From Candidatus Eiseniibacteriota bacterium (GTDB lineage Bacteria; Eisenbacteria; RBG-16-71-46; JABDJR01): a stretch of 64,000 bases of DNA. Shown piece after piece: positions 10,710 to 20,560 of this stretch; the stretch's first letter is position 1, and each line of letters begins with the position of its first letter. The DNA lies in the NCBI GenBank assembly GCA_963762255.1, contig CAVXKA010000001.1, forward strand, positions 224,001-288,000, in the 5' to 3' direction. The position numbers were made by a program, and so were the translations under genes. The notes beneath the pieces were generated by a model. It was not told the origin of the DNA. It was given only the letters and a program-made list of their open reading frames with translations, and did no database searches.

Positions 10710-12113
10710 ATGTCCAAGGAAATCAAGCTGCCCGAGCTGGGCGAGAACATCGCCGGCGCGCAGGTGCTCTCGGTGCTGGTGTCCCCCGGGGATCGCATCG
10801 AGAAGGACCAAGCGATCATCGAGATCGAGACCGACAAGGCGACCGCCGAGGTGCCGTCGGAGTCGGCGGGGGTCGTGCGCGAGATCAAGGTCAAGGAGGG
10901 CGACCAGATCAAGGTCGGCCAGGCCATCCTCGTGATCGACGAGCAAGGGAACGGAGCGGGGGCGAAGGCCGAGGCCGTATTGCCTCAACCCGCGGCCGCG
11001 CCTCCCCGCGCCCCGGCACCGGCCGTTGTGACTCCGACCGCGGGCCCCCCGCCGCCGCCTCCACAGGCCGCCGCACCTCCTCCGGCTCCCGTAGCTGCCC
11101 AGCGCGCGCCAACCGCCCCGCCCGCGGCAGAGCGTCCGCCGCTGCGGCTCACCCCCACACCCGCCGATGCGCTTCCCGCATCGCCCGCCGCGCCCTCGGT
11201 GCGCCGGCTCGCCCGCGAGTTGGGGATCGACGTGAACGACGTGCCGGGCGTGGGCCCCGACGGTCGCATTTCGCTCGAAGACGTGAAAGCCTATGCGCGC
11301 CAGATCCTCTCGGGCGCAGCCCCCACCCTCGAAGATCGCGGCGCGCCGCGTGTCTCGACCGCGCCGGCCGCGGCGTTCTCGATCCCCGACCTCCCCGACT
11401 TCTCGAGGTTCGGCGAGGTGGAGCGCGTCACCACCAACAAGGTGCGCAAGGTGACCGCCGAGACGATGGCGCTCTCCTGGAACGTCATCCCGCACGTCAC
11501 CCAGTTCGACCGCGCCGACATCACGGATCTGGAACCCTGGCGAGCGCGCTACGCGCCGCGCGTGGAAGCGGCCGGCGGTAAGCTCACCGTCACCGCGATC
11601 ACGGTCAAGGTGGTGGCGTCGGCGCTCAAGGTCTTCCCCAAGTTCAACGCGAGCTACGACCACCGCGAGCAGGAACTGGTGCTCAAGAAGTACGTGAACG
11701 TCGGGGTGGCGGTGGACACGGAGCACGGACTCCTGGTGCCGGTGATCCGCGATGCCGACCGCAAGAACATCACCGCGATCGCGGTGGAGCTGGCGGAACT
11801 CTCCGAGAAGTCCCGCACCCGCAAGATCGCGCTCGACGATCTCCAGGGCGCCAACTTCAACATCTCGAACCTGGGCGGGCTCGGCACGACCTACTTCTCG
11901 CCGATCGTGGCCTGGCCGCAGGTGGCGGTCCTGGGCATGGGCCGGGCGAACGTCGAAGCGGTCTATCGTGACGGCGCGTTCGTGCCGCGCACGATCCTGC
12001 CGCTGGCGGTCTCTTACGATCACCGGGCGGTGGATGGCGCCGACTGCGCGCGTTTTCTGCGCTGGATCGCCGAGGCGATGGAGCAGCCGCTGCTGCTGGC
12101 GCTCGAGGGTTAG
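10710..12113 (+). CDS. aceF: Dihydrolipoamide acetyltransferase E2 (single lipoyl domain)
   Basis: Lipoyl ETDKA, Pro/Ala linker, E3-binding AAPSVRRLARE, catalytic SYDHRAVDGA. Confidence 0.93.
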   Translation: MSKEIKLPELGENIAGAQVLSVLVSPGDRIEKDQAIIEIETDKATAEVPSESAGVVREIKVKEGDQIKVGQAILVIDEQGNGAGAKAEAVLPQPAAAPPRAPAPAVVTPTAGPPPPPPQAAAPPPAPVAAQRAPTAPPAAERPPLRLTPTPADALPASPAAPSVRRLARELGIDVNDVPGVGPDGRISLEDVKAYARQILSGAAPTLEDRGAPRVSTAPAAAFSIPDLPDFSRFGEVERVTTNKVRKVTAETMALSWNVIPHVTQFDRADITDLEPWRARYAPRVEAAGGKLTVTAITVKVVASALKVFPKFNASYDHREQELVLKKYVNVGVAVDTEHGLLVPVIRDADRKNITAIAVELAELSEKSRTRKIALDDLQGANFNISNLGGLGTTYFSPIVAWPQVAVLGMGRANVEAVYRDGAFVPRTILPLAVSYDHRAVDGADCARFLRWIAEAMEQPLLLALEG

Positions 12114-12152
12114 TCACCGGCGCCGCGTAGCGCCGCAGGGAGATCGCTCCGC

Positions 12153-13565
12153 ATGTCCACCACGCAAAGCGCGCAACTCGTTGTGCTCGGCGCCGGCCCC
12201 GGAGGCTACGCCGCCGCATTCCTCGCTGCCGACCTCGGCATGGAGGTCGTGCTGGTCGACCTCGAGCCCAACCCGGGCGGGGTCTGCCTCTATCGCGGCT
12301 GCATCCCCTCGAAGGCGCTCCTCCACGTGGCCAAGCTCATCACCGAGTCGCGCGAGGCCGCGCACTGGGGCGTCCACTTCGAGCCTCCGCGCGTGGACCT
12401 GCCCCGCCTGCGCGCCTGGAAGGACGAGGTCGTCGGCAAGCTGACCGGCGGATTGGGTGAACTCGCCAAGCGCCGGAAGATCCAATACGTGCGGGGGCGC
12501 GGTCATTTCGAAGGGCCGAACATGCTGGCGGTGGGCGGCGCCGACGGCTCTCGCATCGCGTTCCAGCACGCCATCCTGGCCACGGGATCCAGCGCCGCCA
12601 CGCTACCGGGGATCGAAGCCGGCGGGCGCATCATGAACTCGAGCGCGGCGCTCAAGCTCGAAGAGATCCCCGAGACGCTTCTGATCGTGGGCGGTGGGTA
12701 CATCGGGCTCGAACTCGGCTCCGTCTATGCGGCGCTGGGGAGCCGCGTCACGGTGGTCGAACTCACCGGCACTCTGCTTCCCGGCGCGGACGCCGATCTG
12801 GTGCGCCCGCTGGCGCGGCGACTGGAGGGCGCGTTCGCGGCGATCCACCTCAACACCAAGGTGACGTCGATGAAAGAAACCGGAAGCGGCGTGAGGGTGA
12901 CCCTCGACGGCGAAGCGGTGAAGGATCGCGACCAGACCTTCGATCGCGTGCTGGTGTCGGTGGGACGCAAGCCCAACTCCGCCAACCTGGGTCTCGATCG
13001 CACGCGCGTGGAGGTGAGCCCGCAGGGATTCGTGCAGGTGGACCGGCAGCTTCGCACGGCGGAGCCTTCCATCTTCGCCATCGGGGACGTGGTGGGCCAG
13101 CCGATGCTCGCCCACAAGGCCTCGCACGAGGGACGCACTGCCGTGCAGGCCATCGCAGGCCGCAACGTGGAGTTCTCGCCGGCGGCGATTCCAGCCGTGG
13201 TGTTCACCGATCCCGAGATCGCCTGGTGTGGGCTGACGGAAACCGAGGCCAAGGCGTCGGGGCGCAAGGTGGAGATCGCGCGGTTCCCGTGGGCGGCCTC
13301 GGGGCGCGCCACTACGCTCGACCGCTCCGACGGCGTCTCGAAGCTGTTGGTGGATCCCGAGACCGAACGCATCCTCGGCGTGGGTCTCTGCGGCCCGGGC
13401 GCGGGCGAGTTGATCGCCGAGGGCGTGCTCGCGATCGAGATGGGGGCGACGGTCGAGGATCTCGATCTCACGATTCATCCGCATCCGACGCTGTCGGAGA
13501 CCCTGATGGAGGCCGCCGCGTCGTTCTTCGGCACGAGCACGCACGTCTACAAGCCGAAGCGGTAG
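12153..13565 (+). CDS. lpdA: Dihydrolipoyl dehydrogenase E3
   Basis: GAGPGGY, GGVCLYRGCIPSK, GGGYIGLE, MLAHKA, IHPHPTLSE. Confidence 0.95.
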   Translation: MSTTQSAQLVVLGAGPGGYAAAFLAADLGMEVVLVDLEPNPGGVCLYRGCIPSKALLHVAKLITESREAAHWGVHFEPPRVDLPRLRAWKDEVVGKLTGGLGELAKRRKIQYVRGRGHFEGPNMLAVGGADGSRIAFQHAILATGSSAATLPGIEAGGRIMNSSAALKLEEIPETLLIVGGGYIGLELGSVYAALGSRVTVVELTGTLLPGADADLVRPLARRLEGAFAAIHLNTKVTSMKETGSGVRVTLDGEAVKDRDQTFDRVLVSVGRKPNSANLGLDRTRVEVSPQGFVQVDRQLRTAEPSIFAIGDVVGQPMLAHKASHEGRTAVQAIAGRNVEFSPAAIPAVVFTDPEIAWCGLTETEAKASGRKVEIARFPWAASGRATTLDRSDGVSKLLVDPETERILGVGLCGPGAGELIAEGVLAIEMGATVEDLDLTIHPHPTLSETLMEAAASFFGTSTHVYKPKR

Positions 13566-13576
13566 CGGTCGGCGTG

Positions 13577-13877
13577 GTGCTGCGGCTTCACTCGGCGTCG
13601 CCGTGCGTGCTCGCGAACCGGTCCCGCTAAAGCGCCCGTCCGATGCGCGCGCACGGCGAACCCCTCGCTCACCGCAGCGCACACGGCGGCAGCCCATTCG
13701 CGGCGAGCACGGGCAGAATGCTCACCCGGGTGAGCATCTTGCGCGTATGAGTCGGCCGGGCGGACTCGCGGTCCGCGCAGACGCGGCGCGTAGCGGGTCG
13801 CCCGTCGACCGCAGTCCGAAGGGCCGCGAAGCGGGGGCCCCTTCGGCGAGGGCGACGGGCGAGACGCGAAGCGCCGC
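13577..13877. repeat. Highly self-complementary intergenic element between convergent genes
   Basis: Nested stems 13577-13610/13647-13680, a perfect 20-bp palindrome ATGCTCACCCGGGTGAGCAT at 13718-13737, and stem 13783-13806/13853-13877. Confidence 0.55.
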
Positions 13878-13883
13878 GCGCCT

Positions 13884-15170
13884 CTACGTCCTCTTGATCA
13901 CCACCAGCGTCCGGTCGTCCGACCGCGCCCGCGCTCCCGTGTGCGCGTTGACCGCGTCGAGGATGCGCGCCACCATCTCGGCAGCCGGTGCCTCGCGATG
14001 GCCGGCCACCACGGAAACCATGCGGGGCACACCGAACTCGCGGTCGTCGGCGTCGAGCGCCTCGGTGATCCCGTCCGAGTAGAGAAGCAGAACCTCCCCC
14101 GCGCGAATCTCGGCGGAACCCTCCGGAATGGTCACCTTCGGCAGGATCCCGAGCACGAGCCCTCCGATGTCCAGCACGGCATGACTCCCGTTGGCCCCGA
14201 AGAGAACCGGGTGCTCGTGTCCCGCGTTGGCGTAGCAGAGCCGGTGCCGGCCGGTGTCCAGGATGCCGAAGAAGCAGGTCGCGAATTTCTCGCTGTCGGT
14301 GCTGTGGTAGAGGATCGTATTGGAACGATGCAGGCACTCCGAGGGAGACGCGTTCATGAGCGTCTGCCCGCGCACGGTGGCCTGAAGGCTCGCCATGAGG
14401 AGCGCGGCCGGCATCCCCTTGCCGGATACGTCGCCGAGGCACACCGCAAGCCGCCCGTCCTCCATGGGGATGAAATCGAAGTAGTCCCCGCCGACTCCCA
14501 TCGCGGGCAGGCTCGTGCCGGCGATGTCGTACCCCGGGCAATTGGGAGGATGCTTGGGGAGCAGGTTGGCCTGGATGTCCAGCGCCAGCCGCAACTCCTC
14601 CTGCATGCGGATCATGGTCTCCTGCTCTTCGATCCGCTTCTGGTTGAGCGCATAGTTCTCGAGCGAGATGGCGGCCTGCGACGCCAGGGCGTTGGCCAGC
14701 TTCAAATCCCCGGCGGTGAACATGTCGTCGACGTCGCGCCTTCCCGCGCAGAGCACGCCGTAGACCGTGCTCTCGGTCCTCAGCAGCGCGCAGAGAAACG
14801 AATCGGGAAGATCGTCGCGGACCACCCCCAACTCGGCCGCGAGACCGTAGAACATCCGCGATTTCCCGGAAGCGACAAGCTCTCCCACCACCGACTCCTG
14901 CAGGAATCCCACAAGCTCCTCGGGCGCTCCCTCGCGGACCGGCGCGAACTTACCGATCCCCTCACCGGCTGGAATGAGCCAACCCATATCGGCGGCAAAT
15001 ATGTCCATCGCCTCCCGCAGCACCATCTCCATGTTCCGCTGGACATCGAGGGAGGTGGCCAAGCGCCGGGTCAGGCGGTAAATCAGGTCCAGTTCCTCGT
15101 AACATTCGAGGAGATTCCTGGTGAGGCTCTCGATGGTCTTGGCGGTCCCGTCCGCCTTCTCCTTGTCCAT
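13884..15170 (-). CDS. GAF + SpoIIE/RsbU-type PP2C phosphatase
   Basis: VGGDYFDF, GDVSGKGMPAALLM, YANAGH, LYSDGITEA, DDRTLVV; N-terminal coiled coil plus GAF. Confidence 0.92.
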   Translation of the reverse strand: MDKEKADGTAKTIESLTRNLLECYEELDLIYRLTRRLATSLDVQRNMEMVLREAMDIFAADMGWLIPAGEGIGKFAPVREGAPEELVGFLQESVVGELVASGKSRMFYGLAAELGVVRDDLPDSFLCALLRTESTVYGVLCAGRRDVDDMFTAGDLKLANALASQAAISLENYALNQKRIEEQETMIRMQEELRLALDIQANLLPKHPPNCPGYDIAGTSLPAMGVGGDYFDFIPMEDGRLAVCLGDVSGKGMPAALLMASLQATVRGQTLMNASPSECLHRSNTILYHSTDSEKFATCFFGILDTGRHRLCYANAGHEHPVLFGANGSHAVLDIGGLVLGILPKVTIPEGSAEIRAGEVLLLYSDGITEALDADDREFGVPRMVSVVAGHREAPAAEMVARILDAVNAHTGARARSDDRTLVVIKRT

Positions 15171-15175
15171 GCCGA

Positions 15176-15547
15176 TTACGGTTCTCCGAGGACTTCCTGC
15201 AGCTTGGCTCTCATCTTTCGGGGGCTGAACGGTTTGGTCATGAACTCGTCCGCCCCCATTTCCATGGCCCGGCGCTCATCCTCTTCCTGCCCGCGCGCGG
15301 TGAGCATGACGATGTAGGCGCCCTTCGTATCCGGATCCTCTTTGAGCTGACGGCAGACCTCCTGCCCGGAAAGACGCGGCATCATGATGTCGAGAAAGAT
15401 GAGGTCCGGGCGCTCCCGACGCGCCGTGGTCAGCGCCTCCACCCCATCCTCGGCCACCGCCACCTCGTAACCGGCCTTGCGCACCACGTAGGATACCGAT
15501 TCGACGATGTAGGGCTCGTCGTCGCAGACCAACACCTTCTTAGTCAT
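15176..15547 (-). CDS. Single-domain response regulator (receiver only)
   Basis: VLVCDDEP, PDLIFLDIMMP, MLTARG, FMTKPFSP; start MTKKV overlaps the kinase stop. Confidence 0.92.
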   Translation of the reverse strand: MTKKVLVCDDEPYIVESVSYVVRKAGYEVAVAEDGVEALTTARRERPDLIFLDIMMPRLSGQEVCRQLKEDPDTKGAYIVMLTARGQEEDERRAMEMGADEFMTKPFSPRKMRAKLQEVLGEP

Positions 15548-18020
15548 GCCGTTCCTCCTCCCGAGGGGCGCGCCAACCGGGGGCGAGAGCATGGGTGCTC
15601 TCCACGTCCTCCGGCTCTTCGCGAGCGTCGTCCTCCGCCACCGGCAGGGTGAAATGGAAGGTCGCTCCGTTGCCGGGCACGCTTTCCGCCCAGATCCGTC
15701 CGCCGTGATGATCCACGATTTCCTTGCTGATGGCGAGCCCCAGCCCGGTTCCGCCCCGCGCCCGGGTATCGGAGGCATCTACCTGGGAGAACCGGTCGAA
15801 GATCTTTTCCAGATGGCCAGGGGGAATGCCGCACCCCTCGTCACGGACCGAAACCCGCACGCGAGGCGTGCCGTTGCCCTCGAGCGGCTCCATGGCGCAG
15901 TCGATCCAGATGCGGCCGTCGTGCTCGCTGAACTTCACCGCGTTCTCGAGCAGGTTGGTGACAACCTCCTGGATGCGATCCCGGTCCACGCGCACCCGCG
16001 CGTCGGGGCAATCGTGCCGCCGAATCACGTCCAGGTTCTTCTCCTGGAAGGCCGGAATGAGCGAGTCCACCGCGGCCTCGACCACGTCCTTGAGCGGGAA
16101 CACGGAAATCCGCCAGACCATCCGCCCCGACTCCAGGCGCGACATGTTGAGCAGGTTCTTGATGAGACGTCCCAGCCGGTCGCTCTCGGCGTTGATGATG
16201 CCGAGGAACCGGCGGATCTGGGGGGACTCCTCTTCCGGCTCGACCTCGTCGAGGAGAATCTCCGAGAACGCCTTGATCGAAGTCAGCGGGGTGCGGAACT
16301 CGTGCGAGACGGTGGCAAGGAATTGCGACTTGAGCCGGTCCAGTTCCTTGAGTTCCTGGTTGGCGGTTTCCAGCGCCGCGTTGAGCGAGCGGAGTTCGCG
16401 GGTGCGTTCGTGTACCCGGTCCTCCAGGGTGCGGTTGAGCGCCTCCAGCTCCCGGGCCGCCTTCTCCCGAAGGGCGATGCTCTCGCGCAGGGAGGCGGTC
16501 ATCGCGTTGAAGGCCTCTCCCAGCGTCTGGATCTCATCGTGCGTCTGAACCCGGATCGCGTGGCTGAGGTTGCCCGTCTGGATCTCCCGCGCCCCCACCG
16601 TCAGCTCTTGGATCGAATGCGAGATCCGACCGCTGGAATAGAGAAGGACCGTGAACGCGAAGAGGATGGCGAGCAGGGCCACGGTGAGATTGATCACCCC
16701 CGCCGTTCGCGCCTCGGTTTCGAACTCACGGGGCACCGCGGTCGCGAAGACGACCCAGGGTACCTCACTCACTCTCTCCGCCGACGCCAGTCGCTTCCCG
16801 GAGTCGCCGGGGAGTCTCGTCCAGGGCTCGGGGACGGGATCGTCCTCACCGTGGGCCTCCACCAGATCGGCCAGCCGGGAATCGGCCTGCTGGATGTTCC
16901 GCCCGGAAAGCTCGGGACGCGTATGAAAGAGGATCTCGCCGTCATCGCTCCCGACCACGGCCAGCTCCCCCTTGGATCCGAAACGCTCCGCGGCGAGATC
17001 CTCCGGGAAGAGGTGCTTCAACCGCACGTTGGCCACCAGGGTGCCCAGTCGATCCCCATCCACCTCTGTGGAGTAGATGGGCATCACCAAGCGAAGGGAG
17101 CGAGGGCCTCCGGGAGCCATGCGATCGGTGAAGAGAAGATAGTCGCCGTCCTCGAGATCTTCCCCCTGCCCTACCGCCCGACGATCGGCCTCGGTGAATA
17201 CCGCCTTGTTGGGCAGGGCTCGGACAAGCCCCGGGGGGGAGAACCATGCATCGGATCCGGGCTCTTCCGGCGGGACAGGGTCGGACTCCGCCAAGGCCGG
17301 TAGCGCGCGGAAGACGATGGCCAGTTCCTCGGAAAGCTCATCCGGCTGGATGGTCACTTGGAGTTCCTGGAGGAGGCTATCCTGTGTCGCGTGGAGCCGT
17401 TCGACCTCACTCCGGCTCCACTTGGACCCAAGCTGCTTGCCAAGCTCCTCGATCCGCTTGCTCAGACGCTTGCTGACAACAGCCTGCTGCTTGAGCCGCT
17501 CGTTCAGGCGCTCGGAGTCGGCGATGACGACGGCACGGGGAGCGGCTGGAACAGGCGGCACCGGAGCCACCGCCGCCCATGCCGCCTCAGGGGTAGTGAG
17601 GATCCCCGCCGCGCCCTCGCTACGACTGTAGTGAAAGACCAGGTCCCCTCGAGCGTCGGCCAGGATTACCCCGTCGTAGTAGTTCGCATACTCCTTGAAC
17701 AGGTCCCCCAGGTAGCCCTCGAGGACGGAGTACGCCTTCATCTGACCGGCCGTGTCGCCGGCGTCGACAGCGCCGAGGAAATCCTGCACCGGTCGGTTCA
17801 CGACGAGTATGCGGTCGTTGACCCGTCGCTCCAGCTTGGCGGACAACTGCTCGGCGACTTCTTCGGAGAGCCGCTCGGTGCGGTTCCCCACCATCTCCTC
17901 CACAGCCTTGAGCGAATTGAAGTATGCGAGAAGGCTGACGAGGGCGATCGGGAGCAGGCCGGCTACGGCGAAGAGGGCGAGGAGTTTGGCGCGAATGGAG
18001 GGAAGTCGAAGAATCTGCAT
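15540..18020 (-). CDS. Membrane sensor histidine kinase (Cache-like sensor, HAMP, HisKA, HATPase)
   Basis: Two TM segments, HAMP DEIQTLGEAFNAM, H-box SHEFRTPLT, N-box NLLENAVKF, G-boxes DEGCGI and GTGLGL. Confidence 0.93.
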   Translation of the reverse strand: MQILRLPSIRAKLLALFAVAGLLPIALVSLLAYFNSLKAVEEMVGNRTERLSEEVAEQLSAKLERRVNDRILVVNRPVQDFLGAVDAGDTAGQMKAYSVLEGYLGDLFKEYANYYDGVILADARGDLVFHYSRSEGAAGILTTPEAAWAAVAPVPPVPAAPRAVVIADSERLNERLKQQAVVSKRLSKRIEELGKQLGSKWSRSEVERLHATQDSLLQELQVTIQPDELSEELAIVFRALPALAESDPVPPEEPGSDAWFSPPGLVRALPNKAVFTEADRRAVGQGEDLEDGDYLLFTDRMAPGGPRSLRLVMPIYSTEVDGDRLGTLVANVRLKHLFPEDLAAERFGSKGELAVVGSDDGEILFHTRPELSGRNIQQADSRLADLVEAHGEDDPVPEPWTRLPGDSGKRLASAERVSEVPWVVFATAVPREFETEARTAGVINLTVALLAILFAFTVLLYSSGRISHSIQELTVGAREIQTGNLSHAIRVQTHDEIQTLGEAFNAMTASLRESIALREKAARELEALNRTLEDRVHERTRELRSLNAALETANQELKELDRLKSQFLATVSHEFRTPLTSIKAFSEILLDEVEPEEESPQIRRFLGIINAESDRLGRLIKNLLNMSRLESGRMVWRISVFPLKDVVEAAVDSLIPAFQEKNLDVIRRHDCPDARVRVDRDRIQEVVTNLLENAVKFSEHDGRIWIDCAMEPLEGNGTPRVRVSVRDEGCGIPPGHLEKIFDRFSQVDASDTRARGGTGLGLAISKEIVDHHGGRIWAESVPGNGATFHFTLPVAEDDAREEPEDVESTHALAPGWRAPREEERHD

Positions 18021-18044
18021 TGGGGGTCCGATGAAGATGGCCCG

Positions 18045-18314
18045 CTACAAGAATGACACAGCTTCCCCCCGGTTGTCAGTCTCGAAGCTCGCACTCAGGA
18101 GCATCGACTTCCCGGCGCGGATCACGCGGAGGAGAGCCAGGGTGAAGTCCTTGAGCACCTTCACCGGCACCAGGACCACGTCCACCGGGATTTCGATTCC
18201 GGGCACACCCGCCGCGGCACGCCCGCGGATCCCGCCGAATGCGAACGAAACCGACAAGAAGAAGATGACCGTAACGACGAGCACGACCTTGCCGAGTCGC
18301 AGAAAACCGTTCAT
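18045..18314 (-). CDS. Small hypothetical membrane/secreted protein
   Basis: ATGA overlap with the upstream stop, GGAGG RBS, hydrophobic N-terminus, fills the operon gap. Confidence 0.55.
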   Translation of the reverse strand: MNGFLRLGKVVLVVTVIFFLSVSFAFGGIRGRAAAGVPGIEIPVDVVLVPVKVLKDFTLALLRVIRAGKSMLLSASFETDNRGEAVSFL

Positions 18315-20170
18315 CGGCCGCCTCCAGCTCGGGCTCCGGCCGCGCTCGCCTCGAGGAGGTCCGCCACGCGGACGACCATCACATCGGTGGTGTTGTCGCC
18401 GTACTGGAAGGCATGAATACCACCCGGGTAGATGACGTCGGCGAACGGCCGTCCCCTGTCGGTAAGGTCGATGAAGTACCCCTTGCCGTCCGGTTCATCG
18501 ACCGACTCTCCGATCGTGAATTGCTCCGAACCGTCGGCGGCCAGCGCCGCCACCGTGGACTGCTCGCCCCCCATCTTCCAGGCAACCACGTACTTGCCGT
18601 CCTTGGACCAGCCGAGAGGGTAGGTGCCCTTGTCGGAATGAAAGATCGCATGGCCCGGCTCCTGCCGCCCTACCTTGTTGACCTTTACGTCGTAGGTCCC
18701 GTCGGACCGCACCGTCATGTAGGCGATCCGCCCACCTTCGGGAGAGAAGTACGAAAGCTGGTTCACGCCCTCCTCGAACGAAACCTTTGTCGGGACACCT
18801 CCACCGGACGGAATCGTCCACACCTGGGTCTCCCCCCCCGCCGCACGCGTGTAGCCGATGGTGCGACCGTCCGGAGACCAGAGCGGGATGACATCCGTGC
18901 CGGGGGTGACCGTGACGCGGGTGGGGGCGCCCCCTTCCCTGGGGACGCGATAGATGTCGATGTTCCCGCTTCCATCGTCTGCGGCGAAGGCCAGCTCTTT
19001 GGCGTCCGGGGACCACGACACGCCGCCGGAGGCATTGTAGGCCAGGCCCTTCAGATCGAGTTCGCGGATGTCTCCCCCCTCGGCCGGCGCCCAGGCCAGG
19101 ACGGCAACGCTCCTTGCGGGGCCTGATTTCTCGCGGGTGAAGGCCACCCACTTCCCGTCCTGGGAAACCATGGGCTCGTAGTCGGTGGTCTCCCCGGAGG
19201 TGAGCTGACGTTTCTCGCGGGTCTCGGGGTCGGCCACGAAAATGTGAGAACGCCTCACGCCGCGCAGAAACGCGATCGATCGCCCGTCGGGGGACCAGTC
19301 GGGGCGACTGTCGTCCTCGGGGCCGCTCGTGATCTCCACCGAGCGACCGCCGGTCATGTCGAGCACCCAGAGGTCCATGCTCCCGTTCTGGTCGGTGGCG
19401 TAGGCAAGGTAGCGGCCGTCCCGGGACCAGGCCGGCATGTCGTTCTTCGCCTTGGGCAGCGGGAGCGGCTTGAACCCGCCGCCACCGGGTGACCAGATGA
19501 AGAATTCGTTGGTCGGGGCGCCGAAGACGGTGCGGCTCACCACCGTCACGTCGCCGGGCCCGGGGCCGAAGCAACCGCCGGTCTCCCAGGCTGGAGTTTC
19601 GGCGATGACCTTGGGTTGTCCCTCGGCGCCGGTTGGCAGCAGCGCCAAGTCGTAGTTGTCTCTATTGAAGACCGAGTAGAGCAACTTGCTGCCATCGGGT
19701 GAAACCGACAGGAATCGCGCCGCACGGGGGCGCGGAAAGGACTCGACAGTCTCGCCCTTCAGGTTCATCAGGCTGATGCGGGATTCGGCTTTGTCGGAAA
19801 GCACGTAGAGCCCCTGCCCATCCTGCGCCCAGGACATCGCCACGATGGCAGTCGAATCGGAGCGGATCGCGCGCGGGGCGCCTCCCTCGGTGGGCATCAG
19901 GCGAATGAAGAATCGTGGGGGATCGGCCTGCTCGCGCACGGTGTAGGCGACGGAAGCGCCGTCGGGGGAGAAGATCGGACGAAGGCAAACAGATCCGCCC
20001 TCCGTCAGGCGGGTCTCCCGGCTTTCGGCTTGCACTGCACTTCGCTTAGCGCAGCCGGCCAGGGGGATCAGGAGAACCAGGAGACCCGTCATCGGGAGAG
20101 CGACACTCCGATGGAGGTAGCGCCTCAACGGATTGTGAAGACCTGCGTTTACCGGACCCATGGTGATCAT
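18311..20170 (-). CDS. TolB-like multi-PD40 beta-propeller lipoprotein (start may be downstream)
   Basis: Lipobox LAGC; about ten P.(W/F)SPDG..(I/L)A(F/Y) repeats; no peptidase domain. Confidence 0.85.
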   Translation of the reverse strand: MITMGPVNAGLHNPLRRYLHRSVALPMTGLLVLLIPLAGCAKRSAVQAESRETRLTEGGSVCLRPIFSPDGASVAYTVREQADPPRFFIRLMPTEGGAPRAIRSDSTAIVAMSWAQDGQGLYVLSDKAESRISLMNLKGETVESFPRPRAARFLSVSPDGSKLLYSVFNRDNYDLALLPTGAEGQPKVIAETPAWETGGCFGPGPGDVTVVSRTVFGAPTNEFFIWSPGGGGFKPLPLPKAKNDMPAWSRDGRYLAYATDQNGSMDLWVLDMTGGRSVEITSGPEDDSRPDWSPDGRSIAFLRGVRRSHIFVADPETREKRQLTSGETTDYEPMVSQDGKWVAFTREKSGPARSVAVLAWAPAEGGDIRELDLKGLAYNASGGVSWSPDAKELAFAADDGSGNIDIYRVPREGGAPTRVTVTPGTDVIPLWSPDGRTIGYTRAAGGETQVWTIPSGGGVPTKVSFEEGVNQLSYFSPEGGRIAYMTVRSDGTYDVKVNKVGRQEPGHAIFHSDKGTYPLGWSKDGKYVVAWKMGGEQSTVAALAADGSEQFTIGESVDEPDGKGYFIDLTDRGRPFADVIYPGGIHAFQYGDNTTDVMVVRVADLLEASAAGARAGGGR

Positions 20171-20368
20171 GCTCCCTGGGGCACCGGCTGGCGGGGGGAC
20201 CGGTTCCGCTAGCTCGACCTCCCTGGCCTCGGAGGATACCCCTCAGTCCATTTTCCTTTTATCACACCGAGGCCAGGAGAGGTCTATGGGATGCCATTGG
20301 GTGTTCCTCAGATCTGCTCTAGCATCCCGACTGCGGTGCGTTGCCGCCCCGCCGTCGAGCAGTACTAG

Positions 20369-20384
20369 AGCAACCCCTGTGCCG
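20369..20384 (-). promoter_or_regulatory. Sigma-54 (-24/-12) promoter
   Basis: Minus strand CGGCACAGGGGTTGCT = GG-N10-GC, matching TGGCAC-N5-TTGC; lies between a sigma-54 activator gene and the propeller operon. Confidence 0.75.
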
Positions 20385-20471
20385 AACCCGGAATATACAT
20401 TTAACTGATTGAACATCAATTGTTTAGGCCACTCTGCGTCGGGGCGGCTCGGCCTGCAGGACCCCACGGCA

Positions 20472-20488
20472 CGTCACACATGGTGACG
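20472..20488. promoter_or_regulatory. Candidate enhancer (UAS) palindrome CGTCAC-N5-GTGACG
   Basis: Perfect inverted repeat about 90-100 bp upstream of the -24 element, with AT-rich IHF-like tracts nearby. Confidence 0.4.
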
Positions 20489-20560
20489 CGGTCCGGCATC
20501 AAAGCCCTCAACTTATTGACTGGAAAAGAATTATAACCGCAGGACCCGACCCGCTCTCTG

